Source: an uncultured Gammaproteobacteria bacterium
Lineage (GTDB): Bacteria; Patescibacteriota; Microgenomatia; UBA8517
NCBI GenBank assembly: GCA_964583685.1
Contig: CAZOVJ010000002.1
Coordinates: 277,862 to 341,861 of the forward strand
DNA length: 64,000 nt
Direction of reading: 5' to 3'
Positions 1 through 8,838 of the stretch are shown here, piece by piece. The notes under the pieces are model-generated. The model was not told where the DNA came from. It saw only the letters and a program-made list of their open reading frames with translations, and ran no database searches. The stretch's first letter is position 1. Every line of letters begins with the position of its first letter. The position numbers were made by a program, and so were the translations under genes.

Positions 1-309
1 AAAATATTGTTCGCCAATGACAGTAAAGGGAACACCGGAAACATCAGTCTTGAGTTTTTTACCGGTTTCTATTAAGAGTTGCCGATTTTCATTGTTTTCC
101 CAAACCTCAAAATCATGTATTTGAACATAAGGATATTTGGCCTCCAATTTTCTCAGAAACGGTTTTTCCTCCTCACAGCGAGGGCAGGCCACGCTCCAAA
201 AGAAATAGATGTTTACCTCCCCTTGGGGTTCGTTTTGAGCCAGGGCAAAAGAAGAGGGGATGGCAAAGAAAGCAAGCAGGCTTAGTAGTAATAGAAATTT
301 TTTAATCAT
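1..309 (-). CDS. secreted thioredoxin-fold thiol:disulfide oxidoreductase (partial; N-terminal part in window, continues past position 1)
   Basis: Minus-strand translation from the ATG (rc of 307-309) gives MIKKFLLLLSLLAFFAIPSSFALAQNEPQGEVNIYFFWSVACPRCEEEKPFLRKLEAKYPYVQIHDFEVWENN... This shows a signal peptide plus a CPRC (CxxC) motif. It is absent from the ORF track because there is no stop inside the window. The listed + ORF 79..285 is antisense to it. Confidence 0.55.
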   Translation of the reverse strand, partial: MIKKFLLLLSLLAFFAIPSSFALAQNEPQGEVNIYFFWSVACPRCEEEKPFLRKLEAKYPYVQIHDFEVWENNENRQLLIETGKKLKTDVSGVPFTVIGEQYF

Positions 310-381
310 TACGGAGTAAATTGTAGCACTATGTATTACAATATGTATGAAGTGACTAAGAAATTTTGGAGAGGTTTTTAA

Positions 382-972
382 ATGTATCCGGAAATTTTAA
401 AAATAACAAAAGAAGATATCTTGAGAATATTGATGGAGACAAAGAAGAAGTCTAGTCTCAAACAGATAGAATCAGAGGCCAAGGCTCCTCGCTCAATTTT
501 ATCTCAGGCCCTTGAAGAACTGGCCGCTGAAAATTTAGTTGAGATTAAGAAGGGTCTTATTGGTCTGACTAGGTCGGGTAAAAAGCTGGCAGGAGAGCTT
601 CTTAAAAAACACCTTTTAATTGAGAGCTATTTTAGGCAAAAAAGAGGGGAAAAAGAGGCTCATCAGGTCGCCCACCTCCTTGAACACTATATTTCGGGAG
701 AAGTTATCAGAAATATAAAAAAATTATCGACGCTTAAGGAGAAGGGTGTTTCCTTAATAGAATTCAAACAAAAAAATGGCTTAATCACTGATATTATTTT
801 GGGTATTAGATTGTTTGAAAGAATTATCAGTATGGGGATATTTCCAGGAGAAAAAATAAAAATAATAAATGAAATTCCGAATGGTGTTGTTATCGAAGTA
901 AAAAATAAAAAATTTGTTTTGGCTAAAGAGATAGCAAAAGAAATTAGAGTCTTAGAATATGAAAAATCTTAA
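382..972 (+). CDS. DtxR/MntR-family metal-dependent regulator fused to a C-terminal FeoA (SH3-like) domain
   Basis: N-terminal wHTH and metal-sensor region. The C-terminal ~75 aa (GIFPGEKIKIINEIPNGVVIEVKNKKFVL) look like FeoA. It overlaps the feoB start by 14 nt. Confidence 0.65.
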   Translation: MYPEILKITKEDILRILMETKKKSSLKQIESEAKAPRSILSQALEELAAENLVEIKKGLIGLTRSGKKLAGELLKKHLLIESYFRQKRGEKEAHQVAHLLEHYISGEVIRNIKKLSTLKEKGVSLIEFKQKNGLITDIILGIRLFERIISMGIFPGEKIKIINEIPNGVVIEVKNKKFVLAKEIAKEIRVLEYEKS

Positions 973-2860
973 AATACTTTTAATTGGACAGCCGAATGTG
1001 GGCAAGTCCTCATTACTTAATGCACTAGTCGGTCCGAGAGTTACCGTATCCAATTATCCTGGTACCACTGTTGAGGTAACTAGGGCCAAAAAGAAAATTA
1101 ATATAACAGAAATTGAGTTTATAGATACTCCAGGGATATACTCGATTTCTGATAGAAGTGAAGAAGAAAAAGTTACTGAAAAGGCTTTGTTTGAAGAAGA
1201 TAAAGATGCGACAATAACAATTGCTGACACAACTTCTCTGGAAAGAAGTTTTTATATGGTCTTGCAAATATTAGAGGCTCAGGTACCTACTGTTTTAGCT
1301 TTAAATTTTGTAGAAGATGCTAAAAAGAGAGGGATAGAAATTGATTACGAAAAACTAGGGAAAATTCTTGGTGTTCCTGTTATTTCCTTAAATCCTTTAA
1401 CAAAAAAAGGGATAGACAAACTTTTAGATGCAGTTTTAAAAATTAAAAAAATACCAAAGCGGACTTTTACTATTGGATATGATGATGATATAGAAAAGGC
1501 AATAAATAAAATATCATCACAGATCAAAGAAACTTCTATACCAAAAAGATTTGTTGCCTTAAGAGTTTTGGAAGGAGATGAAGATTTTCATAAATATTTG
1601 AAGGACGAGAGAGTAATTGGAGATGTTAGAGAAAGCTTAAAAGAAGACCATCCAAAAGTTGCAGAGGATATATCCATAACCAGATATGGCACAGCCTCAT
1701 TTATAGTAGAAAAAGTTACTCAAATGACTTCTTTAAAAAAAGAAAAAATTTTGCAGGAGAAAGTAGACAACATTTTATTACATAGGATTTGGAGTCCGTT
1801 TATAACTGTCTTATTCTTTTTAGCTATCTTTGGTACTTTGTTATTTCTTGGCAATTTAATACAAAGTGTTCTCATGGGCTTGACAGAAAGCTTTTTATCT
1901 TCTTTTGGCACAGCGGAACACTCTATTATTGCTATGGTATTAGTTCAAGGTTTAACCGGACTTGCAGCAGGTGTTTCCATCGCCTTACCTTATGTTTTCT
2001 TGTTTTATTTGCTTTTAGGTTTATTAGAAGACATAGGGCTTCTTTCAAGATTTATTGTTAACGCAGAAAGATTTTTGAAAAAATTAGGTTTACCCGGGAA
2101 ATCATTTATTCCTTTAGCATTAGGCTTGGGTTGTACTGCACCAGCAATTAGAGCTACCAGAGTCTTGTCATCTAAAAAAGAGCAATTTCATACTGCCTCT
2201 TTATTTGCTTTTGTACCTTGTTCCTCAAGAATTGCCATCATTATGGGGATAGTAGGATTTTATGGAGGTATAAAGTTGGCTTTTTCTGTTTTCGCTACTT
2301 TAGTCATTGCTGGCTTGATCTGGGCTTTTGGAATAAAAAAAGTTATTCATCTGAAAAAAGAACCTTTACTTTTGGAATTGCCTCCTTATAGGAAGCCTTT
2401 GCTTAAAAATGTTCTTGCTAAAAGCTGGATTAGAATGAAAGATTTTGTCTATATAGTTATGCCCCTGTTGGCAATTGGAGGAATAGCCTATGGAATTTTG
2501 GATATATTAGGTCTTACCAATATTATAGTAGAACCTCTTTCACCAATCACTACTTGGTTAGGATTGCCTGCTGTAGCTATTATCCCCTTGGCATTTGGAT
2601 TTTTGCAAAAAGATTTAACTGGAGCAATGCTTTTGTCGGTACTTGGCAGTAATATATCTTTAGCTTTAACCCCTCTTCAGATATATACATTTGGAGTGGC
2701 TGCCACCATTGGAATTCCATGCATAATTGCTTTGGGAATGTTGAGCAAAGAATTTGGGTTTAAAAAAGCGATTATCTTGACAATCACAACCATCGGCTAT
2801 GGTTTTCTCTGGGCCGGCTTAAGCCAAAGAATAATTTCAATGGTCTGTTGCTGGTTTTGA
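959..2860 (+). CDS. feoB: ferrous iron transport protein B
   Basis: G-domain motifs GQPNVGKSSLLN and DTPG, followed by a long polytopic permease domain; 633 aa. Confidence 0.9.
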   Translation: MKNLKILLIGQPNVGKSSLLNALVGPRVTVSNYPGTTVEVTRAKKKINITEIEFIDTPGIYSISDRSEEEKVTEKALFEEDKDATITIADTTSLERSFYMVLQILEAQVPTVLALNFVEDAKKRGIEIDYEKLGKILGVPVISLNPLTKKGIDKLLDAVLKIKKIPKRTFTIGYDDDIEKAINKISSQIKETSIPKRFVALRVLEGDEDFHKYLKDERVIGDVRESLKEDHPKVAEDISITRYGTASFIVEKVTQMTSLKKEKILQEKVDNILLHRIWSPFITVLFFLAIFGTLLFLGNLIQSVLMGLTESFLSSFGTAEHSIIAMVLVQGLTGLAAGVSIALPYVFLFYLLLGLLEDIGLLSRFIVNAERFLKKLGLPGKSFIPLALGLGCTAPAIRATRVLSSKKEQFHTASLFAFVPCSSRIAIIMGIVGFYGGIKLAFSVFATLVIAGLIWAFGIKKVIHLKKEPLLLELPPYRKPLLKNVLAKSWIRMKDFVYIVMPLLAIGGIAYGILDILGLTNIIVEPLSPITTWLGLPAVAIIPLAFGFLQKDLTGAMLLSVLGSNISLALTPLQIYTFGVAATIGIPCIIALGMLSKEFGFKKAIILTITTIGYGFLWAGLSQRIISMVCCWF

Positions 2861-2885
2861 GATTGGAGGAGATATAAAATAGATA

Positions 2886-4346
2886 ATGATGAAGAGATTG
2901 CGCTTTTTATTTTTCGGTTTCCTTGGCCTAAGTTTTGGCTTCTTGCTCTTGGCATTGTTCAAAAATGATGCTTTGGCCGAGACCAAAGAGCCAACAGCCA
3001 TTGTTTATTTTACTGGTGTTGGTTGCCCTCATTGTGCCAAAGTAGACTTGGCTTTATTGGCCGGTTGGACGAGGAAGTACCCGAATTTAATTGTTTTTGA
3101 GTACGAGATTTACCAGCAGCGGCAAAATGCTGGCTTGCTAGAAAATTACAATCAAGAATACCAATCAGGCTTGGGTATTCCTTTGGCAATTTTTGATAAA
3201 AGCAGTAGCATTAGAGGTGACAGGCCGATTTTGGATTCTTTTGAAAATGAATTGGAGAAGCAAGAAGGCAACCGCTTTCTCTTACGGGACGGCTCTCAAA
3301 TTGCCTTTGAGAATTTAAATATCAATCTCTTACCAGGTTATCCGAAGATTTGGATGAATGATAGAATTGCTGTTAAAACCAAACCCACCATTCATAGCCC
3401 GGAAGGGGTTAGTCAGTTGGTTAAGGAGTTTTTAATTTCTGAAGACCCAAGGCAGGTTTTTGAAGGCCAGCCATACCAGCTTAAAGAGCCAGAAGCAATA
3501 GCCCTCTCTGGTTCTCAACAGGAATTTGGCAATGCAGCCCAATTGGATAGCTGGCTGCTTGAATGGAATGGTTTTCCCCTTGAAAAGGGGGCGGTAGAAC
3601 AGCCCAGGGATATTGCTCAGCAAGAAAGTCCTGAGCTAGAAATGGAGAGGCAAGAGATTTCTTGGCCCAAGACAATCTCACTTGCCTTTGTTGACGCGGT
3701 TAACCCCTGCGCCCTGGCCGTGATGACAATGATGCTCTTGGCCATCATTACCTATAATCCTCAAGATAAGAAAAATATTATCCTGGTCGGCCTGGCTTTT
3801 ACGCTGGCAGTTTTTCTGATGTATTTGTTTTATGGATTGGTGATTATCAGGTTTTTCAAAATAGTTCAGCTGATTACCAATGTTCGTTTAATACTTTATA
3901 AAATTCTGGCCATAGTGGCGATAATCTTGGGTAGCTTGCAGATTAAAGATTTCCTTAGATATAAACCCGGTAGTCTGGGAACAGAGATGCCTTTGGGTCT
4001 TAGGCCCAAGGTGAAAAAGATTATATCCGGTATTACCTCTCCCTTGGGGGCTTTTGGCGTTGGCTTGTTTGTGACTGTTTTTCTTTTGCCCTGCACCATT
4101 GGGCCTTACATCATCCTTGGGGGTATGCTTTCATTTTCAGAAAGCCTGAAAACCCTTCCTTATCTCTTGCTCTACAATTTCATTTTTATTCTGCCCATGT
4201 TGCTGATAACAGCCTTGGTTTACTTGGGTATTAGTAAAATTGATGATGTTTCGGCCTGGAAAGATAAAAATGTTAAAATACTTCATCTTATCGCCGGATT
4301 AATTATCATTTGCCTGGGAGTGGCCATGCTTTTTGGTTGGGTTTAA
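2886..4346 (+). CDS. thioredoxin-like domain (CPHC) fused to a CcdA/DsbD-type transmembrane disulfide-transfer domain
   Basis: Signal/TM segment, VGCPHCAKV thioredoxin motif, and a C-terminal polytopic region with paired conserved Cys (VNPCALAV and LLPCTIGPY). Confidence 0.65.
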   Translation: MMKRLRFLFFGFLGLSFGFLLLALFKNDALAETKEPTAIVYFTGVGCPHCAKVDLALLAGWTRKYPNLIVFEYEIYQQRQNAGLLENYNQEYQSGLGIPLAIFDKSSSIRGDRPILDSFENELEKQEGNRFLLRDGSQIAFENLNINLLPGYPKIWMNDRIAVKTKPTIHSPEGVSQLVKEFLISEDPRQVFEGQPYQLKEPEAIALSGSQQEFGNAAQLDSWLLEWNGFPLEKGAVEQPRDIAQQESPELEMERQEISWPKTISLAFVDAVNPCALAVMTMMLLAIITYNPQDKKNIILVGLAFTLAVFLMYLFYGLVIIRFFKIVQLITNVRLILYKILAIVAIILGSLQIKDFLRYKPGSLGTEMPLGLRPKVKKIISGITSPLGAFGVGLFVTVFLLPCTIGPYIILGGMLSFSESLKTLPYLLLYNFIFILPMLLITALVYLGISKIDDVSAWKDKNVKILHLIAGLIIICLGVAMLFGWV

Positions 4347-4361
4347 TATAAGTTAAAGAAG

Positions 4362-5486
4362 ATGAATAAGATAAAACTCTTGAACTCTTTTGTTTTCTTG
4401 GCTTTTTTGTTTCTTATTTTTATTCAGCCGATTTGGGCCCAAGATAAAAAAGTAGAGTCCCTTGATGAGGAAATACTAGAGGGAAGGATTGTTGAGGTTT
4501 TAGAGGAAGGTGTTATCACCCGCGATGGTCAGGATTATCTTCAGCAAAAACTCAAAATTTTGATTACCAAGGGTTCTTTGGAAAAAGAATTTATAGTGGT
4601 TGATGTCGGCGATGTGCCCCTGGTTGGTCAACCTCGTTATAAAAAGGGAGATATGGTTTTAATCGAGGCAAGTTCTGATTTCCAAGGCAATAAAGTTTTT
4701 TATATTAGCGATTATCTTAGGAGAAAACCCCTGATTGCTCTATTTTTTATTTTTGTGATGATGACCTTCTTGGTTGGGGGCTGGCAGGGACTAAGCTCTC
4801 TTGTTGGTTTGTTTGTTTCCTTTTTGGTAATCTTTAAATTTATTCTTCCCAATATCTATGCAGGCCATAATCCGATTTTAATAGCCATTGCCGGTGCCTT
4901 AATTATTGTTTTGGCCACCTTTTATCTATCTCACGGCTTCAATAAAAAAACCACCATTGCTGTTATTGCTACTTTCATTTCTTTGTCCATCACCGGATTT
5001 TTGGCCATATTTTTTGTTGATTTCGCCAAACTTACAGGCTATGCCTCGGAAGAAGCTGCCTTTTTACAGGCAACCACGCAACAGGCCTTTAATATAAGAG
5101 GCCTGCTCCTGGCCGGAATTATTATCGGCACCCTAGGAGTTCTAGATGATGTGACTGTTTCCCAGGCAGCCATTGTCCAACAACTAAAAGAAGCAAACCC
5201 TAAAATTAGTGCCAAAAAGCTCTTCCTGAGAGCAATGCGTGTTGGCCGGGACCATATTGCTTCCATGGTCAATACCCTGATTTTGGTCTATGCCGGTGGG
5301 GCCTTGCCCCTGCTTTTGCTTTTTCTTGACAGTAGCCATTCTTTTTCTCAAGTTGTCAATTACGAAATTATTAGCGAAGAGATTATCCGGGCATTGGTTG
5401 GCAGCATAGGCTTGATTAGTGCAGTGCCGATTACCACTCTCTTGGCCAGTCAATTTAATAAAACTATAATAAAAGGTAAGGGATGA
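4362..5486 (+). CDS. YibE/F-like integral membrane protein
   Basis: Signal peptide, a soluble N-terminal domain of ~110 aa, then ~6 TM helices; this overall pattern recalls the YibE/F family. Confidence 0.45.
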   Translation: MNKIKLLNSFVFLAFLFLIFIQPIWAQDKKVESLDEEILEGRIVEVLEEGVITRDGQDYLQQKLKILITKGSLEKEFIVVDVGDVPLVGQPRYKKGDMVLIEASSDFQGNKVFYISDYLRRKPLIALFFIFVMMTFLVGGWQGLSSLVGLFVSFLVIFKFILPNIYAGHNPILIAIAGALIIVLATFYLSHGFNKKTTIAVIATFISLSITGFLAIFFVDFAKLTGYASEEAAFLQATTQQAFNIRGLLLAGIIIGTLGVLDDVTVSQAAIVQQLKEANPKISAKKLFLRAMRVGRDHIASMVNTLILVYAGGALPLLLLFLDSSHSFSQVVNYEIISEEIIRALVGSIGLISAVPITTLLASQFNKTIIKGKG

Positions 5487-5875
5487 GATTTGTTGTTTCC
5501 ACTCAAAAACGCTATCAATTGGTAGATATCACCGAGCAAGTAGAGGCAATTATTAGCCAAAGCAAAATTAAAGATGGGGTTTGTTTGCTTTTTGTTCCCC
5601 ATTCAACCGCGGCCATTATTTTAACTGAAAATGAGTCAGGGCTTAAAAAGGACTTTTTAACGGTCATGGAAAAAATTGTTTCTGGCTTCGACTTTGAGCA
5701 TGACAAGATTGACAATAATGCTGATTCTCATATTTTGGCTGGAATTTTAGGCCAGGAAAAAATCTTAGCCATTGAGAATGGCCGGCTTGTCCGTGGAACC
5801 TGGCAGCAAGCATTTTTGCTTGAACTTGACGGACCAAGGGAAAGAAAGATTATTGTTAAACTCATCAAAGGTTAA
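5483..5875 (+). CDS. YjbQ/UPF0047 family protein (secondary thiamine-phosphate synthase-like)
   Basis: 130 aa; CLLFVPHSTAAIILTENESG and GTWQQAFLLELDGPRER are typical of YjbQ. Confidence 0.7.
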   Translation: MRFVVSTQKRYQLVDITEQVEAIISQSKIKDGVCLLFVPHSTAAIILTENESGLKKDFLTVMEKIVSGFDFEHDKIDNNADSHILAGILGQEKILAIENGRLVRGTWQQAFLLELDGPRERKIIVKLIKG

Positions 5876-5923
5876 TCAGTCTGTTTATGCTAGAATAAAA
5901 AAATACTAAGGGGGTGAGATTTG

Positions 5924-6097
5924 TTGAAAAGAAAAGACTGGGAGTTGGTTTCTCAAATTTTAATGGGAGGGGCAGTCATTGCTGTTACCCTTGCTGGCAT
6001 AGGTTATTTGGGTACGGATATCTGGTTGGCCTCTACCCAGTGGCTCTTGGTGGCTGCTGTTCTGGCTCTTTTTGGCCTCTATTTAAGATTGGGATAA
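5924..6097 (+). CDS. small two-TM membrane protein (57 aa, TTG start)
   Basis: Alternative frame to the listed 5914..6147 ORF. It gives LKRKDWELVSQILMGGAVIAVTLAGIGYLGTDIWLASTQWLLVAAVLALFGLYLRLG*. It is preceded by AAGGGGGTGA (5908-5917) 6 nt upstream, the same SD+TTG arrangement seen at 48831 and 53791. Confidence 0.35.
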   Translation: MKRKDWELVSQILMGGAVIAVTLAGIGYLGTDIWLASTQWLLVAAVLALFGLYLRLG

Positions 6098-6171
6098 AAG
6101 TCTGCAGTAATTTTGCGGTAAATATGCGGAGATTTGACATGGACTAGAGAATTTGTTAATCTTCGCCCAAG

Positions 6172-6666
6172 ATGAACAAAAGAGATATCTTCATCGGGTT
6201 GATAATCTTGGCCATTTTAGCAACAGTGGTTTATTGGCTTAGAAAACCAGGTCAGCCAACTCCAGAAATCCCGATGGCTCCAGCAGCTGAAGAGAAATTT
6301 GAGAGTGCCTTTAATCTTGAGATACCGGAGGATGTTGATAAGGCTATTTTAAAAGACGTGAGTGGGGGAATGGCCAGTGGTATTGCCACCAGAAGATTTG
6401 AAGATAATCAATTTTCCCATGCGGTCTTAGCGGATTTAGCTGACCCGGAAGCAGGCTCTTTTTATCAGGCCTGGTTGATTCGGGGTAAAGAAGGAGATTT
6501 GGATTTTGCTCAGCTTTCTACCGGAAAACTGAGGATAGCCAAGGGCGGCTGGCTGCTTGAATACCAATCAAAGACTAACTATTCTGACTATAATGATGTG
6601 CTTGTTAGCCTTGAAAAGATATTTGACCAGACCCCTGAGTCTCATATTCTTGAAGGCTCTTTCTGA
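6172..6666 (+). CDS. hypothetical N-terminally membrane-anchored protein
   Basis: 164 aa; single N-terminal TM (IFIGLIILAILATVVYWL), otherwise soluble; no recognisable motif. Confidence 0.4.
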   Translation: MNKRDIFIGLIILAILATVVYWLRKPGQPTPEIPMAPAAEEKFESAFNLEIPEDVDKAILKDVSGGMASGIATRRFEDNQFSHAVLADLADPEAGSFYQAWLIRGKEGDLDFAQLSTGKLRIAKGGWLLEYQSKTNYSDYNDVLVSLEKIFDQTPESHILEGSF

Positions 6667-6716
6667 TAATTCTCCAATTTTTTTTGACAGCAGAGATTGA
6701 ATAAGGTTATTTTATA

Positions 6717-7478
6717 TTGATGGCCCAAAAAGGGATTATTTTTCTTTTGTCTTCAATTTTGTTTCTTGGAGCCCTATTTTTATTGGCCAAACCAGCTCAA
6801 GCAGCTCTTGTTGTTTTGGACAAAGAGGGGGCAATTGTCTGGAATGTTCTTTCCATGAAGGCTGAATCCGGATTAGAGATACCTAAAAGAGAATCTTTGG
6901 AAGTGAGAGAAATCGCTCTTCAGGATTTGCAGCCCTCGGCCGAGGCACAGGTTTCTCTAACAAGGAAAGACGGCAGGGTTTTTTTGAATGTTTCAAGCCA
7001 ATCCGGGGAAAGGTTGGTAGATGTAACCGATTACCAAGATGAATTGATTAAAATTGAAGAAAGGGGAGAGATTCAGTCTATTAGTATCGCCAACATCGAG
7101 GACAAATTTGCCATAGGGCAGAAAAATGTTATTGCTCTAACAGAGTTTTCTATTAGTATAGATGCCAAGACAAGTGAGTTGTTGGCCTTAACACCTTCAG
7201 GTTCAAGATACATCGCTGTTCTTCCCTATGAAGCAGTAGCCAATGTTTTGAAAGCTAGAATTATGAGCAGATTGCTTTCTGATTCTGGAGAGATTGAATT
7301 AAAGGAAGGAAGTAAGGGTGAGCTGCACTATTTTATTCAGGGAGAGAAAGAAATTAATCTTTTTGATTTAATTTCTTTTCCAGTCGAGGTCAAGGCAGCT
7401 GTTTCTGCCTCCACTGGCCAGATACTGGAAGTTGAGCAGCCAACCTGGCTTAGGATATTGGGCTTTTTATTTGTTTAG
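6717..7478 (+). CDS. hypothetical secreted protein
   Basis: 253 aa; signal peptide ending AKPAQA; no recognisable catalytic motif. Confidence 0.4.
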   Translation: MMAQKGIIFLLSSILFLGALFLLAKPAQAALVVLDKEGAIVWNVLSMKAESGLEIPKRESLEVREIALQDLQPSAEAQVSLTRKDGRVFLNVSSQSGERLVDVTDYQDELIKIEERGEIQSISIANIEDKFAIGQKNVIALTEFSISIDAKTSELLALTPSGSRYIAVLPYEAVANVLKARIMSRLLSDSGEIELKEGSKGELHYFIQGEKEINLFDLISFPVEVKAAVSASTGQILEVEQPTWLRILGFLFV

Positions 7479-7496
7479 AAAAGGGAGGGGGAAATT

Positions 7497-7748
7497 ATGA
7501 AGATAGTTCTCTATACAACTACAACCTCTCCTTATGGCAAAATGCTTAAAGATTATTTTAAGACCCATAATTTTTCTTTTACAGAAAAGATGATTGACCA
7601 GGATGAGATGGCCCGCCAAGAGATGGCCCAAGAATCTGGTGGCTTTCTCGGTGTTCCCTTTACGGTTATTGTTAAAGATGATAATTCTAAAGAGAAAATA
7701 ATCGGCTTTAATAAAGGAAAGATGAGTAAGGTCTTGGCAATAGGATGA
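7497..7748 (+). CDS. glutaredoxin/NrdH-like fold protein lacking cysteines
   Basis: 83 aa; KIVLYTTTTSPYGKML sits where glutaredoxins have V.IY.K..CPYC; GVPFTVIV matches the Grx beta-strand. The protein contains no Cys at all. Strong SD AAGGGAGGGGG lies upstream. Confidence 0.5.
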   Translation: MKIVLYTTTTSPYGKMLKDYFKTHNFSFTEKMIDQDEMARQEMAQESGGFLGVPFTVIVKDDNSKEKIIGFNKGKMSKVLAIG

Positions 7749-8395
7749 TAGTTATTAATTTTAAAACCTACCAACAGGCTTCTGGCCAGAAAGCCTTAGA
7801 CTTAGCCCGGCTCATTAATGATGTGGCCCAGGAGACAGGAGTTGAAATTGTCGCCTGTCCTCAGGCAGTGGATTTAAAGGATGTTGTTGCTGTTTCTAGG
7901 GACCAGGTTTGGTTGCAGCACTTGAATCCTGAGCCCAGGGGTCGGTCAACCGGTTGGTTTCCAGTTGAAGTTGCCAAGGAGGCGGGGGCAAGTGGAACAT
8001 TACTTAATCATTCAGAGCACAAACTTACTCTGGGTAGACTGGCCGAAACCCTGGCAAGATGTAGGCAAACTAAATTGAAAACACTTGTTTTGGCTGATTC
8101 CCTAAAGGAAGCAAAATTGATTGCCAAGCTTAAACCCGACTATATTGGCTATGAACCCCCAGAACTTATTGCCAGTAAAGCAACCTCAGTAGCCCGTTCT
8201 CAACCAGAGGTCATTGAGAAAGTAGTTCGGGCCATTCCCGAGATTCCCATCCTGGTGGGCGCAGGAGTAAAAGATTATCAAGATGTCCGGGTGAGTTTGG
8301 AACGAGGGGCAAAGGCGGTGGGTGTGGCCTCGGCAGTTGTTTTAGCAGATGATCCTAAAAAAGTGCTTTTGGATTTGGCAAAGGGTTTCAAATGA
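7745..8395 (+). CDS. tpiA: triosephosphate isomerase, short archaeal-type
   Basis: 216 aa; LLNHSEH catalytic-region motif; length and sequence match archaeal-type TIM rather than the ~250-aa bacterial type. Confidence 0.8.
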   Translation: MIVINFKTYQQASGQKALDLARLINDVAQETGVEIVACPQAVDLKDVVAVSRDQVWLQHLNPEPRGRSTGWFPVEVAKEAGASGTLLNHSEHKLTLGRLAETLARCRQTKLKTLVLADSLKEAKLIAKLKPDYIGYEPPELIASKATSVARSQPEVIEKVVRAIPEIPILVGAGVKDYQDVRVSLERGAKAVGVASAVVLADDPKKVLLDLAKGFK

Positions 8396-8838
8396 AAATC
8401 TATCTTGCCTCAGATCACGCAGGTTATAAATTAAAGGAAGAACTGAAGAATTATCTCCAGGAAAAAGGCTATAAGTTTGAGGATATGGGAAATCTGAAGT
8501 ATGAACAGGAGGACGATTATCCGGATTTTGTCTTGCCTCTGGCTGAAAAGGTTACCCTAGATTCTCAGAGTTTGGGAATTATTCTGGGGAGATCGGGTAA
8601 CGGAGAAGCCATAGTGGCCAACAAAATAAAGGGAATCCGGGCAGCACTCTGTTTAAATGAAGTGATGGCTAAAAAGGCAAGAGAGGATAATTGGGCTAAT
8701 ATTTTGGCCCTGGGTGCGGATTTCCTAGATATAGAAAAAGCCAAGAAAATAGTGGATGTCTTTTTAGAAACCCCTTTTTCTGAAAAAGAAAGACACAAAA
8801 GGAGAGTTAAAAAAATATCTTCATATGAAGCTGCCTAA
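8392..8838 (+). CDS. rpiB: ribose-5-phosphate isomerase B (Glu-type active site)
   Basis: YLASDHAGYKLKE and LGRSGNGEAIVANK. The second motif has Ser/Glu where E. coli RpiB has the catalytic Cys, resembling the M. tuberculosis-type RpiB. Confidence 0.8.
   Translation: MKIYLASDHAGYKLKEELKNYLQEKGYKFEDMGNLKYEQEDDYPDFVLPLAEKVTLDSQSLGIILGRSGNGEAIVANKIKGIRAALCLNEVMAKKAREDNWANILALGADFLDIEKAKKIVDVFLETPFSEKERHKRRVKKISSYEAA

Noticed and set aside
79-285. 68-aa + strand ORF at the window start.
   Set aside because: It is antisense to a well-formed thioredoxin-like gene (signal peptide + CPRC) on the minus strand and has no SD.
5914-6147. Listed 77-aa Cys/Gly/Trp-rich ORF (MRFVEKKRLGVGFSNFNGRGSHCCYPCWHRL...).
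   Set aside because: Its composition looks like an out-of-frame read of a hydrophobic-helix-coding region. An alternative frame (5924..6097) gives a clean two-TM peptide behind the recurrent SD+TTG motif.
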